This document shows positions 37,813 through 47,361 of a stretch of 64,000 nt of DNA, piece after piece. The position numbers and the translations under genes are program-made. Source of the DNA: Pyrinomonadaceae bacterium. Lineage in GTDB: Bacteria; Acidobacteriota; Blastocatellia; Pyrinomonadales; Pyrinomonadaceae. The notes beneath the pieces were generated by a model. It worked only from the letters and a program-made list of their open reading frames with translations, ran no database searches and was not told where the DNA came from. The DNA is taken from positions 767,481 to 831,480 of the forward strand of contig JBKBYA010000001.1 of the NCBI GenBank assembly GCA_046313635.1. Reading direction: 5' to 3'. Every line of letters starts with the position of its first letter. Position 1 is the stretch's first letter.

Positions 37813-38694
37813 ATGGATATCAATCAGCTGGAAGTACTCGTAGCGGTCGCACGCGAAAAGAGCTTTTCGCGTGCGGCCGAGGCTCTCGGACGGACGCAGC
37901 CGGCGATCAGCCAGTCGATCCGGCGACTTGAGGAGGAGATCGGCGAGCCTCTCTTCGACCGGTCTTCAAAGGACGGGACGCTGACGCTTGCCGGCGAGAC
38001 GCTGCTCGAGCACGCGCGGCAGATGCTGAACCTGCGGCGAAGCGCCGAGGCCGCACTTCGCGAGATCCGCGGCCTCAAGCGCGGCCGGGTCACGATCAGT
38101 GCAAACGAACATACCGTCCTTTATCTTCTGCCGGTGATAGAGCAGTTCTATCATCGCCATCCGTCGATCAAGGTCGAGGTCCAGCGCGGCGTTGCGAGCC
38201 GCATTCCAAAGGAGGTGCTGGCCCGAGAGGTCGAGCTGGGGGTCATCTCGTTTTCGCCCAGCGATGCCTCGCTTAAAGCGATACCTGTAATGAACGATCG
38301 GCTGACGCTGATCGTCTCGCCGCGGCACGCTCTGGCGGGCCGCGACGAGGTGACGATCAGAGACCTGGCGAACGAGCGCTTCATCGCTCACAACGCGGTC
38401 TCGCCCTATCGTGACCTTGTGATCTCGGCTTTTGAAAAGCAAAATGCGACGCTCAATATCGCTGTCGAGCTGCCGTCTCTCGAGGCGATCAAAAAGCTCG
38501 TCGCCCGCGGCATCGGCATCGCTCTCGTCCCAAGGCTCTCTGCCGCGGAGGAGATCGCGTCGGGCCAGCTCTCGGGCGTTAAGGTCCGCGAACTCAAGCT
38601 CGAGCGCAAACTGAATATCGTTTACCGAAAGAACAGCACGCTCTCGCATGCGGCCCGGGCATTTTTGGATGTCGCCGTCGAAATGGGCAGGTGA
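37813..38694 (+). CDS. LysR family transcriptional regulator
   Basis: SFSRAAEALGRTQPAISQSIRRLE; start ATG 37813. Confidence 0.93.
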   Translation: MDINQLEVLVAVAREKSFSRAAEALGRTQPAISQSIRRLEEEIGEPLFDRSSKDGTLTLAGETLLEHARQMLNLRRSAEAALREIRGLKRGRVTISANEHTVLYLLPVIEQFYHRHPSIKVEVQRGVASRIPKEVLAREVELGVISFSPSDASLKAIPVMNDRLTLIVSPRHALAGRDEVTIRDLANERFIAHNAVSPYRDLVISAFEKQNATLNIAVELPSLEAIKKLVARGIGIALVPRLSAAEEIASGQLSGVKVRELKLERKLNIVYRKNSTLSHAARAFLDVAVEMGR

Positions 38695-38800
38695 TACACT
38701 CTTTTCGAAACGTGACTGTCACACTGACTATTTAACTCAGCGTCTGCTCCCCGCGCGTCACGTCGGTCCAGCGGATGCCCCGATCTATCACGCCAACCCT

Positions 38801-39916
38801 ATGTTTGAACAATTCACGCTCGGTATAGAAGAGGAGTTTCAGATCGTCGATCCGCGAACGCGCGAATTAAAGTCTCACGTCTCCGAAATGCTCGAGGAAG
38901 GCAAGCTCCTTCTCGGCGAAAAGGTCAAGCCCGAGATGATCCAGTCGATGATCGAAGTCGGGACCGGCATCTGCCGAAACGTACAAGAAGCTCGCGAAGA
39001 TATCTCAAAACTCCGCTGCATCATCTCAGGTCTCGCGCGCAAGAAGGGAATGGAGGTCGTCGCCGCCTCGACACATCCATTCTCAAAGTGGTCCGAGCAG
39101 ATCATCTACGAGCACGACCGCTATAAGCTGCTCGTGGACGAACTGCAGATGGTCGCCCGCAGCCTCTTGATCTTTGGACTGCACGTGCATGTCGGCGTCG
39201 AAGATCTCGATCGGCGGATACACATAATGAACGCGGCCCGGTACTTCCTGCCGCACGTGCTCGCTCTTACGACGTCGTCGCCGTTTTGGCTCGGCTTCAA
39301 TACAGGACTGAAATCGTATCGCAGCGAGGTCTTTAAGAAGTTCCCACGCACAGACATCCCCGACCACTTCGAGTCGTACCAGCAGTATCAGAGCTATGTC
39401 GATCTGCTGGTCAAGATGAACTGCATCGAAGACGGTACAAAGGTCTGGTGGGACGTCCGCCCACATGCCAAGTTTCCGACGCTCGAGTTCAGGATCTGCG
39501 ACATCCCGACTCGCGTCGACGATACGATCGCGGTCACGGCGCTCTTTCAGGCGATCGTGGCCAAACTTAATCTTCTGATCGATAAGAATCTCGGCTTCAG
39601 GCTCTACCACCGCCGGCTGATCCAGGAAAACAAGTGGCGCGCGGTCCGATACGGCCTCGGCGGCAAGCTGCTCGACCTCGGCAAGCAAAAGGAAGTTCCG
39701 GTCCGCGACCTGATCCACGAGCTGCTCGAATTTGTCGACGAGGTCGTCGACCCACTCGGGTCACGAAAAGAGATTGAGCACATCTACACCATCCTCGAAC
39801 GCGGAACGTCGGCGGATGAGCAGCTGCGCGTATTTGCCGAGACCGGCGATCTAAATGCCGTCGTCGATCGGCTGATCGTCAACACGATGGAGAACGTTCC
39901 GACAAACTGCTTCTAA
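38801..39916 (+). CDS. Carboxylate-amine ligase (YbdK / glutamate-cysteine ligase family 2)
   Basis: TLGIEEEFQIVD, FGLHVHVG, WWDVRP, TLEFRICD, ENKWRAVRYG; start ATG 38801. Confidence 0.92.
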   Translation: MFEQFTLGIEEEFQIVDPRTRELKSHVSEMLEEGKLLLGEKVKPEMIQSMIEVGTGICRNVQEAREDISKLRCIISGLARKKGMEVVAASTHPFSKWSEQIIYEHDRYKLLVDELQMVARSLLIFGLHVHVGVEDLDRRIHIMNAARYFLPHVLALTTSSPFWLGFNTGLKSYRSEVFKKFPRTDIPDHFESYQQYQSYVDLLVKMNCIEDGTKVWWDVRPHAKFPTLEFRICDIPTRVDDTIAVTALFQAIVAKLNLLIDKNLGFRLYHRRLIQENKWRAVRYGLGGKLLDLGKQKEVPVRDLIHELLEFVDEVVDPLGSRKEIEHIYTILERGTSADEQLRVFAETGDLNAVVDRLIVNTMENVPTNCF

Positions 39917-40027
39917 GCTCACGGCCGCTCGCAAACCTCCGTCGGATTGTTGGAATCGACTCCGCAATCCGACTTTTCTTCTCTTAAGGCTGAAAGGCCT
40001 CGGTGTTTAAACATTGGCAAACGATGA

Positions 40028-40057
40028 TTGACGTTGTTCGCCACCCCGTGTTATAAA
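40028..40057 (+). promoter_or_regulatory. Putative sigma70 promoter for the pilin cluster
   Basis: TTGACG-N18-TATAAA with extended -10 TG. Confidence 0.45.
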
Positions 40058-40125
40058 TTGGACGGCCGCAGAACCTGTGCGCTACATCGTCCTGGCCCTC
40101 CCTCGCCCTCAGGAGCGAAAAACAA

Positions 40126-41091
40126 ATGAGAAAATCCGAGTTTGATTCGCAACGCGGCGTTTCGATGATCGAGCTGCTCGTAGTGCTCGTCATCATGGCC
40201 ATACTGTTTACGCTTGCCGCGGCACAGTTCGGCAGGTCCACGCAGAATCTAGACCGTCAGAATATCGCTAGAGAGTTCAAGGTCGCTCTCGAGCGGGCGC
40301 GATTCGACGCGGTAAAACGCCGGGCAAATACCGATGCGACGCGTTCTCGTGTGACGATCTCGGGGCCGCGAACTTTCTCTGTCACGACAGACCTGAATCA
40401 GAACGGAACTCTAGACGACCCCGGCGAGACGCGTACCGTAGACCTGACCGCCAGGGCCGGCAACGTTTATATCGCGGGTACCAATTTCGTTTATCCGGTG
40501 ACGGTCACTTTTGACCAGCGCGGGCAGATCGAGGCCTACAACAGCGCCGTGCCTCAGGCCGACATCAATCCGATGTTCTATTTCTGCACCGGGCCGTGTA
40601 CCGTGGCGACGGCCAACGCTGCTAACGCAACGATAATTTACGTTTCGCCGACGGGGACGGTGGCGATGCTTCGCGGCGATGAGACGATCCCGACATTCGC
40701 GGCCCCGACGGTATCGAATGTGCCGGTCGACAGTTCTGTAAACCCGCTGCTGGCCGTTTGGCAGCTCGTGGCCGGATCTCCGACGCCGTCACCCTCGCCG
40801 ACCGGTACCGGGACTCCGCTGCCTACAGCAACGCCTACTGCGACGCCCACTTCCTCACCGACCCCGACGCCGAGCCCGACGGGCAGCGTGACGCCGTCAC
40901 CGGTCCCGAGCCCATCGGGCAGTGGTACGCCGGTCCCGTCACCCAGCCCTACGGCGAGTCCGACACCGACATCCTCGCCGACCCCGACACCTACTCCGGC
41001 CGCGTGCGTCTCGGGACAGCGCCCCGGGGGATCTCCGCCCTGTACGTGTGTCGCACCGATGACCGTAAGAAAGAGCGGCAAGTGCCAGTAA
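40126..41091 (+). CDS. FimT/FimU/GspH-like prepilin with a Pro/Thr/Ser linker and Cys-rich tail
   Basis: Class III signal G|VSMIELLVVL; LERARFDAVKR; VTFDQRG; VSPTG. Confidence 0.85.
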   Translation: MRKSEFDSQRGVSMIELLVVLVIMAILFTLAAAQFGRSTQNLDRQNIAREFKVALERARFDAVKRRANTDATRSRVTISGPRTFSVTTDLNQNGTLDDPGETRTVDLTARAGNVYIAGTNFVYPVTVTFDQRGQIEAYNSAVPQADINPMFYFCTGPCTVATANAANATIIYVSPTGTVAMLRGDETIPTFAAPTVSNVPVDSSVNPLLAVWQLVAGSPTPSPSPTGTGTPLPTATPTATPTSSPTPTPSPTGSVTPSPVPSPSGSGTPVPSPSPTASPTPTSSPTPTPTPAACVSGQRPGGSPPCTCVAPMTVRKSGKCQ

Positions 41092-41107
41092 ATAGACATT
41101 CGAGCGT

Positions 41108-41599
41108 ATGCAAAGTCAAATCGAATCAACCCGCACTGCCGAGATCGATGCTCCGCGTCGGGTGTCCGAAGCCGCGGGCTTCACGCTGATCGAGGTCGCG
41201 GTCGCCATGGTGATCATGTTCGTCGCTCTGCTCGGTGTGGCATTCGCCTTTTCGTATGCGATCAACTACAACACCGGCAATAACTCGCGTTCGCAGGCCA
41301 TCGCTGTGATGCAGCAAGAGGTCGAGCAGGTCCGGGCGGCCAAATTCACTCCGACATCCACCGACCCGCTGCTGCAGGGCGGCGTCAAGACGCCGCGCAC
41401 CGTCACGACGACCGCTGGTCTGACCTTCCTGGTCCGGATGGATGTCGACAACGACCCGTTCACGGCGGGCGTTCAGGACGAGTCGACACCGACGACCTTG
41501 AAAGAGATCACGATCACGGTAAGACTCGCTAATCCCAGCCCCGGGTGGCAGCTGGCCGTACCGGCGACGGTCGTTCTGAGACGAGCGAGAGCAAATTAA
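41108..41599 (+). CDS. PilV-like minor pilin
   Basis: G|FTLIEVAVAM; LKEITITV. Confidence 0.85.
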   Translation: MQSQIESTRTAEIDAPRRVSEAAGFTLIEVAVAMVIMFVALLGVAFAFSYAINYNTGNNSRSQAIAVMQQEVEQVRAAKFTPTSTDPLLQGGVKTPRTVTTTAGLTFLVRMDVDNDPFTAGVQDESTPTTLKEITITVRLANPSPGWQLAVPATVVLRRARAN

Positions 41600-41603
41600 T
41601 AAA

Positions 41604-42290
41604 ATGAATCGTTCAAGATCAAAAGATGCTCAGGCCGGCTTCTCGATGATGGAGCTGATGGTCACGATGGTGCTGATGCTGATCCTGCTGGGCATCGTCG
41701 GGACCTTGCTCTCGCGATCGCTCGCCGTACGCGCCCGCGAGAGCCGGCGGACCGACGCGCTGACGTCGGCGCAGGCCGCACTGAACGTGATGTCGCGCGA
41801 GATCGCGAACGCCGGATTCGGGATCAACGTAAATGGCGACCCGACCCGCGCGAGCAACGGCATCATCGCTGCCGACTCCAACGACCGCCGCATCCGATTC
41901 CGTTCGAATATCAATAACGTCGGCCCGCGGCCCGCGCCCACCGGTTCCACGGTCCTCCGGACCGATAGCCCGGGTGAGGACGTGACATACTTTTTCGACT
42001 CGGCGACCAATTCGATCGTCCGCTACGATCCGCACGGCAACCCCGACGGTTCGGCGCAGACCTCGGTCGTCGTCAACCGGATAAGCGACGTCAGATTCGA
42101 ATACTGGGACTACGCGGGCGCGAGCTCGACCGGGACGCAGGTATCGACACCGTCAAACAATACCGGCCGGGTGCGGATCACGGTACTTGTCCAGCTCGAT
42201 CCGGTCTATGGCCAGCCAAACCCGTCCAGCGTGAGGTTCACGTCGGAGGTCACCCTGCGAAATTCCAGCTATATGCTGAACCAGTATTGA
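41604..42290 (+). CDS. PilW-like minor pilin
   Basis: G|FSMMELMV; REIANAGF; EVTLRN terminus. Confidence 0.87.
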   Translation: MNRSRSKDAQAGFSMMELMVTMVLMLILLGIVGTLLSRSLAVRARESRRTDALTSAQAALNVMSREIANAGFGINVNGDPTRASNGIIAADSNDRRIRFRSNINNVGPRPAPTGSTVLRTDSPGEDVTYFFDSATNSIVRYDPHGNPDGSAQTSVVVNRISDVRFEYWDYAGASSTGTQVSTPSNNTGRVRITVLVQLDPVYGQPNPSSVRFTSEVTLRNSSYMLNQY

Positions 42291-42316
42291 TCGCTCTCGG
42301 TAAGGAGGTGAGCTAG

Positions 42317-44158
42317 ATGGAAAGCGAAAAGTCGAACAAAAAGATCGTCAACGATCGCGGCGGCGAGCGCGGGGCGGCCCTGGTGATGGCACTGCTCGTT
42401 TCATTTCTGCTGCTTGTGGCCAGCGCAGGACTACTGCTCGAATCGGCGGCCAATTCACAGAACGTGACCGACGCCGTCGCCGAGCAGCAGGCTTACAGTG
42501 CGGCCGAGAGCGGCATTCAGTCGGCCGTTAACGCTCTCCGTGTCGCCGCCGTCCCGAGCCCGCTCTGTCGCACGGACCTGCCCGCGACCGACCCGGCAAA
42601 CAAATTGACGTTCATCAATGCGATCAAACCGTCTTGCTCGAACGCACCGGGCGACGCGAGCACCGAAGCCAGGCTTTCGCGTTGGCTGACGTACAGCTCG
42701 ACCTGCAGCGAGCGTGTCGTTCTCGGCACCGCGACGTGCGACCGGCGAAACGGCTTCGGCTATTCGCTGGCCTTTTCTGATCCCGACAACGTCGGGAGCA
42801 TTGTCGATTACACGACGAGCATCATCTTTTACATGCCGGGCGGCAACGTCTCGCAAGCCAACTTCGGCTCGGGCGGCAATACGACGAGGATAACGTACAC
42901 CCCTGCGGCGGTGACGGGTTTTAATACCGCAGGCGGGAGCGCGACGACAAATTTCGGTACTTTCAACGTCCAGCTCGGCCCCAGCGGCGGGGCTCTGATC
43001 ACGTCATACACCCGATTCGAGATCGTCGTGTCGATGACAAGGCCGTACACGGCGACACGCACGCTTCGCGGATGGATCGAGTCAAATACGTCGGCGACAC
43101 AGAATCAGCCGCCGAAGATACTGTTTGATGCGCAGACCTACACGCTGCAGGGCAGCATTATCACCCTGAATTTCGGCTGGGGCTCGCCCACCTTTGTGAC
43201 CGATCGCAACCCGCCGCAGCACTACGGTTACGAGGCCACGCTGAACAACGGACCGAGCGTTCTGACGGGCACGATGACCTCGCCCGAGCCGACACGTCTG
43301 CTCGTTCGTTCGACGGGCTTTGGTCCGCGCGGAGCGACAAAGACGCTCGAGGCGATCGTTCAAAAAGACTTCTTCAACGGCCTGACCGCACCGGCGACGC
43401 TGACGCTCGTCGGTCCGGCCTCGACGCCGGCCTGTCCGAGCTGTACGCCGCCGACGCCGGCCACGACCTTTACGTTCAATCCGGGTTCGTCGAGCGTTAC
43501 GGTCTACAGCGGTGACGACACCGTGACGACCGACGTCATCCCGCCGATCGGTACGACCAACCCCGGAAATCTCGAAACGGTCGAGACCTCCGTCGATGGT
43601 CTGCCGCCGCATCCGTTCAACGGCACGGTCGTCGGCTCGCCGTCGGATGTCAGCACCGAGACGCCGTGGTGGCTGAGCTCGCCGTCGATGCTCGACAGTG
43701 CGGTCCGCTCTCTGTACACGGTCGCCAATTCCTCCGGGCGATTCTTTCCACAAGGGACCAATCCGCCCAATTTCGGCAACTTTACGACGGCGCAGGGCAT
43801 AACTTTCTGCGACGGCGATTGTACATTCACGGGCCAGGGCGGGGGAGTTCTGGTCGTGACCGGCCAGCTGACGCTGCACGGCAATTTCTCGTTCAAGGGC
43901 ATGATCATCGTCACCGGCCAGGGCGGCGTCAACCGCACGGGCGGGGGAACCGGCGATATCCTCGGAAATATGGTGCTGGCTCCTTACGTCGGAAGCCGCA
44001 TCTTCGACGGCATATCGCCGACGTCGTCGTCTTCTTTCCTGGCCCCGCAGTACGACCTTTCCGGCGGAGGCACCTCGACCATTCGATTTGACTCGTCGGC
44101 GGTTGCCGGCGGTCTCGTCGCCGTCAGCAACTTCGTTCTCGGCGTCGTCGAAAAATAG
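42317..44158 (+). CDS. Large PilX-like protein
   Basis: ERG|AALVMALL (no Glu+5), QAYSAAESGI, VRSTGFGP; Gly-rich C-terminal domain. Confidence 0.82.
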   Translation: MESEKSNKKIVNDRGGERGAALVMALLVSFLLLVASAGLLLESAANSQNVTDAVAEQQAYSAAESGIQSAVNALRVAAVPSPLCRTDLPATDPANKLTFINAIKPSCSNAPGDASTEARLSRWLTYSSTCSERVVLGTATCDRRNGFGYSLAFSDPDNVGSIVDYTTSIIFYMPGGNVSQANFGSGGNTTRITYTPAAVTGFNTAGGSATTNFGTFNVQLGPSGGALITSYTRFEIVVSMTRPYTATRTLRGWIESNTSATQNQPPKILFDAQTYTLQGSIITLNFGWGSPTFVTDRNPPQHYGYEATLNNGPSVLTGTMTSPEPTRLLVRSTGFGPRGATKTLEAIVQKDFFNGLTAPATLTLVGPASTPACPSCTPPTPATTFTFNPGSSSVTVYSGDDTVTTDVIPPIGTTNPGNLETVETSVDGLPPHPFNGTVVGSPSDVSTETPWWLSSPSMLDSAVRSLYTVANSSGRFFPQGTNPPNFGNFTTAQGITFCDGDCTFTGQGGGVLVVTGQLTLHGNFSFKGMIIVTGQGGVNRTGGGTGDILGNMVLAPYVGSRIFDGISPTSSSSFLAPQYDLSGGGTSTIRFDSSAVAGGLVAVSNFVLGVVEK

Positions 44159-44188
44159 GTCGCGGCCGGGTGTCGATCAAAACAATTG

Positions 44189-44216
44189 GGCCTCGTTCCG
44201 GAACCGGAACGAGGCC
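44189..44216. terminator. Hairpin/terminator between convergent genes
   Basis: GGCCTCGTTCCGG-AA-CCGGAACGAGGCC. Confidence 0.65.
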
Positions 44217-44240
44217 GTTTTGCCGTAGCATTACCGATCG

Positions 44241-45152
44241 CTACCGCCCGACAGCGAGCTTCAAAAAGTTCTCAAATAGAATGCGGCCGTCGCGCGACTC
44301 GTTCGGATGCTCCCAGCGCGTCGGGTTCTTTGACCAGTCCTCGAATGATTTCTCCAGATGAAACTGCACGCAGTAGATCATCTGCTCCGCGGTGCGGCGG
44401 ACCATCATTTGATTTTTGCAGAGGTATGAGGTCGCGAGCAGCTTAAAGCCCTCGGGCACACCGACGACCTGTACGCCGTGATTCTGCCAGACGCGCAGGA
44501 TGTCGTCGTCGCGTGTATAGTCTTGCCAGACGCCCGACATCTGGTCGTCGATGCCGCGAAAGATGGGGTCAGACTTATCGACGATCTTTATGAAGCGGTA
44601 CTGGTACTCAACGACGCGATCGGTCCGCTTCTCGGCGAGCGGCAGATCGTCCAGCGTTCGAAGCTCGGAGCCGAAGGACATCGCGACGAGCTGATGCGCG
44701 CCGCAGATCGCCAGTACCGGAATGCTCGTCGATCTGATGAATCGGCCAAAGCTCTCAAGGTGCGCCGGGTTGTAGTAATCAAAATCCGCGTACGTGCCGC
44801 TCAGGACGATCGCGTCGGGACGATAGCGTTCGGCGGCCTCGGCGACCTCCGAGAGATGGACGGTAAGCGTCTTGGGATTTCGAACGAGGCGCAGGACATT
44901 TTTGGCGATGTTGTCGCAGGCCATACCCGCGATCTTGCGCTCAAACTCGAGCTTTTGCTTGATGCTGCCGTGCCATTCCTCGAGAGCGAGCGGCGAGAGG
45001 TCCGACTCGTACCGGAGGAGGTCGTTGACGATCAGCACCTTTGCATGGTCGATCGTCTTCTCGATGGGCTCGTACCTGCAAAAGCTGCTTTTGTTGTAAG
45101 GGAACGGGAGCGCCGGTTCGGCTGCCGATCTTTTTGTCGCGACGTCGAGCAT
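44241..45152 (-). CDS. Class I glutamine amidotransferase-like protein
   Basis: IVLSG, PVLAICGAHQL nucleophile elbow, VQFHLE. Confidence 0.85.
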   Translation of the reverse strand: MLDVATKRSAAEPALPFPYNKSSFCRYEPIEKTIDHAKVLIVNDLLRYESDLSPLALEEWHGSIKQKLEFERKIAGMACDNIAKNVLRLVRNPKTLTVHLSEVAEAAERYRPDAIVLSGTYADFDYYNPAHLESFGRFIRSTSIPVLAICGAHQLVAMSFGSELRTLDDLPLAEKRTDRVVEYQYRFIKIVDKSDPIFRGIDDQMSGVWQDYTRDDDILRVWQNHGVQVVGVPEGFKLLATSYLCKNQMMVRRTAEQMIYCVQFHLEKSFEDWSKNPTRWEHPNESRDGRILFENFLKLAVGR

Positions 45153-45216
45153 AAACCTCTGGAATTATCTTAAAACAGTCAGGGTTCTCAAAACAGGGGA
45201 GGCGCGGGCCTCCGGC

Positions 45217-45699
45217 TTATGCCCGCTCCCTGCGCTGCCTTGTGTCCTGCCGGAACTCGGGCATCTTTTCGCCAGCTCCGGCCTCGGCGATCTCGCTGCG
45301 GACCATTGCGACGAGCGAGCTTCGAAGCCTGCCGACCGCCGAGGGAGCAACGCGCTTTGCCGACTCGTCGAGCATCAGCAGCATCCGGTGCCACGAGGTC
45401 TCGAGCTCGTCGGCAAGCGCCGAGATCTTTGTGATGTCGTACGGCACCGCAAACTCGCGGCAGCCCGCGCGGCCAAACACGCGCAGGTACCGCGCCGTCG
45501 CGAGGTCAGGGCAGGCAAAGCGGCGCTTGCCGATCTTTAGCTCAATGCCCAGGAGCGTATAGAGTATTTCCGGCCGCTGCTCTCGCGGCTGGATGTCGAG
45601 CACGTGCGAGCGCGTTCGCTGCGTGCGTACGCGCGTCGCGTAGATCGACGGCAGCCATTCGTCGCCGAGCCTTTCGCGGATCTGTAAGGCAATATTCAT
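45217..45699 (-). CDS. Hypothetical protein
   Basis: 160-aa ORF co-oriented between nuoN and the GATase, with typical codon usage. Confidence 0.7.
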   Translation of the reverse strand: MNIALQIRERLGDEWLPSIYATRVRTQRTRSHVLDIQPREQRPEILYTLLGIELKIGKRRFACPDLATARYLRVFGRAGCREFAVPYDITKISALADELETSWHRMLLMLDESAKRVAPSAVGRLRSSLVAMVRSEIAEAGAGEKMPEFRQDTRQRRERA

Positions 45700-45785
45700 C
45701 CCGTGTCGCTGCCGCGGTAAAAGTTCTTGGGCGGGTCAGCCGCTTGCCGACCCGCCCGATAAATGGTCCACGGCAAACCGCGTCG

Positions 45786-47339
45786 CTATTTCACCCGCGC
45801 CTGAGCGGCCGGCGGCGGGCTCGAGAATCGCTCGATGACCTGGTTGCCGGCGATGCCGAAATACAGCACGCCGACCACCGTGATGACGATCGCCGCGGCC
45901 ATTGTCGCCGACACCCTTGGAGCGCTCCATTCGGTCGTTCGCTCGCGGAAGAACATCACGACTATCAGCCGCAGATAGTAGTAGGCCGAGATCGCCGTGT
46001 TGACGACGGCCGCGACGACGAGCAGCGTCAGCATCGCGTCGCCGGCCTCGAGCGCCGGGCGAAAGACGAGGACCTTGCCGAGAAAGCCTGCCGTCAGAGG
46101 CAGACCCAAAAGGCTGAGCATAAAAAGCGACAGCGAGAAGGACAGCGCCGGCGAACGAAATCCGATGCCGTTGTAATCCTCAAATTCGGTGCGGCGATCG
46201 TTCTTTTGCGCGAGCAGAGTGACCACGGCAAAGGCGCCCATGTTGGTGATCGCGTAGGTCAGCATATAAAAAGCCACGGCCGCGATCGCCGCGTCGCGCT
46301 CGGCCGCGTTAGATGCGGCACCCGCACCGACAAAGCCGACCATCGCATATCCGGCGTGAGCGATTGACGAATATGCGAGCATTCGCTTGACGTTGTTCTG
46401 CAATATCGCGGCGACGTTGCCGACCGTCATCGACAGGATCGCCATCGCCGTCAGCGCCGTCATCCACGACTCGTGCAGGTAGCCGGCCGCCTGGGCTCCA
46501 CCGATGAGCGGGAAGCCAAGAACAAAAACGCGCAGGAACGACGCGAACGCAGCGGCCTTTGGCCCCGCGGCCATAAATCCGGTGATAGGCGTCGGCGCTC
46601 CTTCGTAAACGTCAGGCGTCCAGACGTGAAACGGCGCGGTCGCGACCTTGAACCCGAATCCGACGATCATCATCGCAGCGCCCGCGAGCAGCAGTGCGGG
46701 GAAGTTGGGGTCGGCGAGCTTCACGGCGATCTGCGAGATGTTGGTCGAACCCGTGGCGCCGTAAACGAGAGCCATGCCGTACAACAAGAATGCGGAGGCG
46801 AACGAGCCGAGGATAAAGTACTTCATCGACGACTCGTTCGAACGCAGGTCGCCGCGGCGAAGTCCCGCCATCACGTACGTCGCGATCGACAGCGTCTCGA
46901 GTCCGAGGAATATCACCACGAGATCATTCCCCGCCGCCATCAGCATCATTCCGAATGTCGCAAAGAGCAGCAGCGCGTGATACTCGCCGACCGGCACGTC
47001 CTCGCGCTCGACCCAAACGGTAGAGATCAGCACCGTAAGCGCCGTTACGAGCAGAAAGACGAACGAAAAGCTCAATCTCAAATTGTCGTGAGCGATCATT
47101 CCGCCCCACGAATTGCCGGCGCCTGCGGCCATCGCGGCCGAGTCCCACATCCCGGCCAACACGAAAGCCGACGCGGCCAGCCCGACCAGCGAGATCGTTC
47201 CCGTGACCGACCGCTGCCGCGGGGCGAAGCTGTCGATGAGCATCACGACCACGCCGGCGATCGCGACGATCATCTCGGGAAGGATGGCGCCGATGTTGGC
47301 CCCGGGCGGCATCAACTCCTGCAAAAAGAAAGTGTTCAT
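45786..47339 (-). CDS. nuoN: NADH-quinone oxidoreductase subunit N
   Basis: FKVATAPFHVWTPDVYEGAP, KRMLAYSSIAHAGY. Confidence 0.96.
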   Translation of the reverse strand: MNTFFLQELMPPGANIGAILPEMIVAIAGVVVMLIDSFAPRQRSVTGTISLVGLAASAFVLAGMWDSAAMAAGAGNSWGGMIAHDNLRLSFSFVFLLVTALTVLISTVWVEREDVPVGEYHALLLFATFGMMLMAAGNDLVVIFLGLETLSIATYVMAGLRRGDLRSNESSMKYFILGSFASAFLLYGMALVYGATGSTNISQIAVKLADPNFPALLLAGAAMMIVGFGFKVATAPFHVWTPDVYEGAPTPITGFMAAGPKAAAFASFLRVFVLGFPLIGGAQAAGYLHESWMTALTAMAILSMTVGNVAAILQNNVKRMLAYSSIAHAGYAMVGFVGAGAASNAAERDAAIAAVAFYMLTYAITNMGAFAVVTLLAQKNDRRTEFEDYNGIGFRSPALSFSLSLFMLSLLGLPLTAGFLGKVLVFRPALEAGDAMLTLLVVAAVVNTAISAYYYLRLIVVMFFRERTTEWSAPRVSATMAAAIVITVVGVLYFGIAGNQVIERFSSPPPAAQARVK

Positions 47340-47361
47340 TACAGATCTACAGTTCTAAATT

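Noticed and set aside
39990..40125. Possible c-di-GMP-I riboswitch before the pilin cluster (GGCAAAC word)
   Set aside because: Lacks the GNRA-capped P2 stem and the downstream GACGCAAA/P3 pattern, and overlaps the predicted promoter
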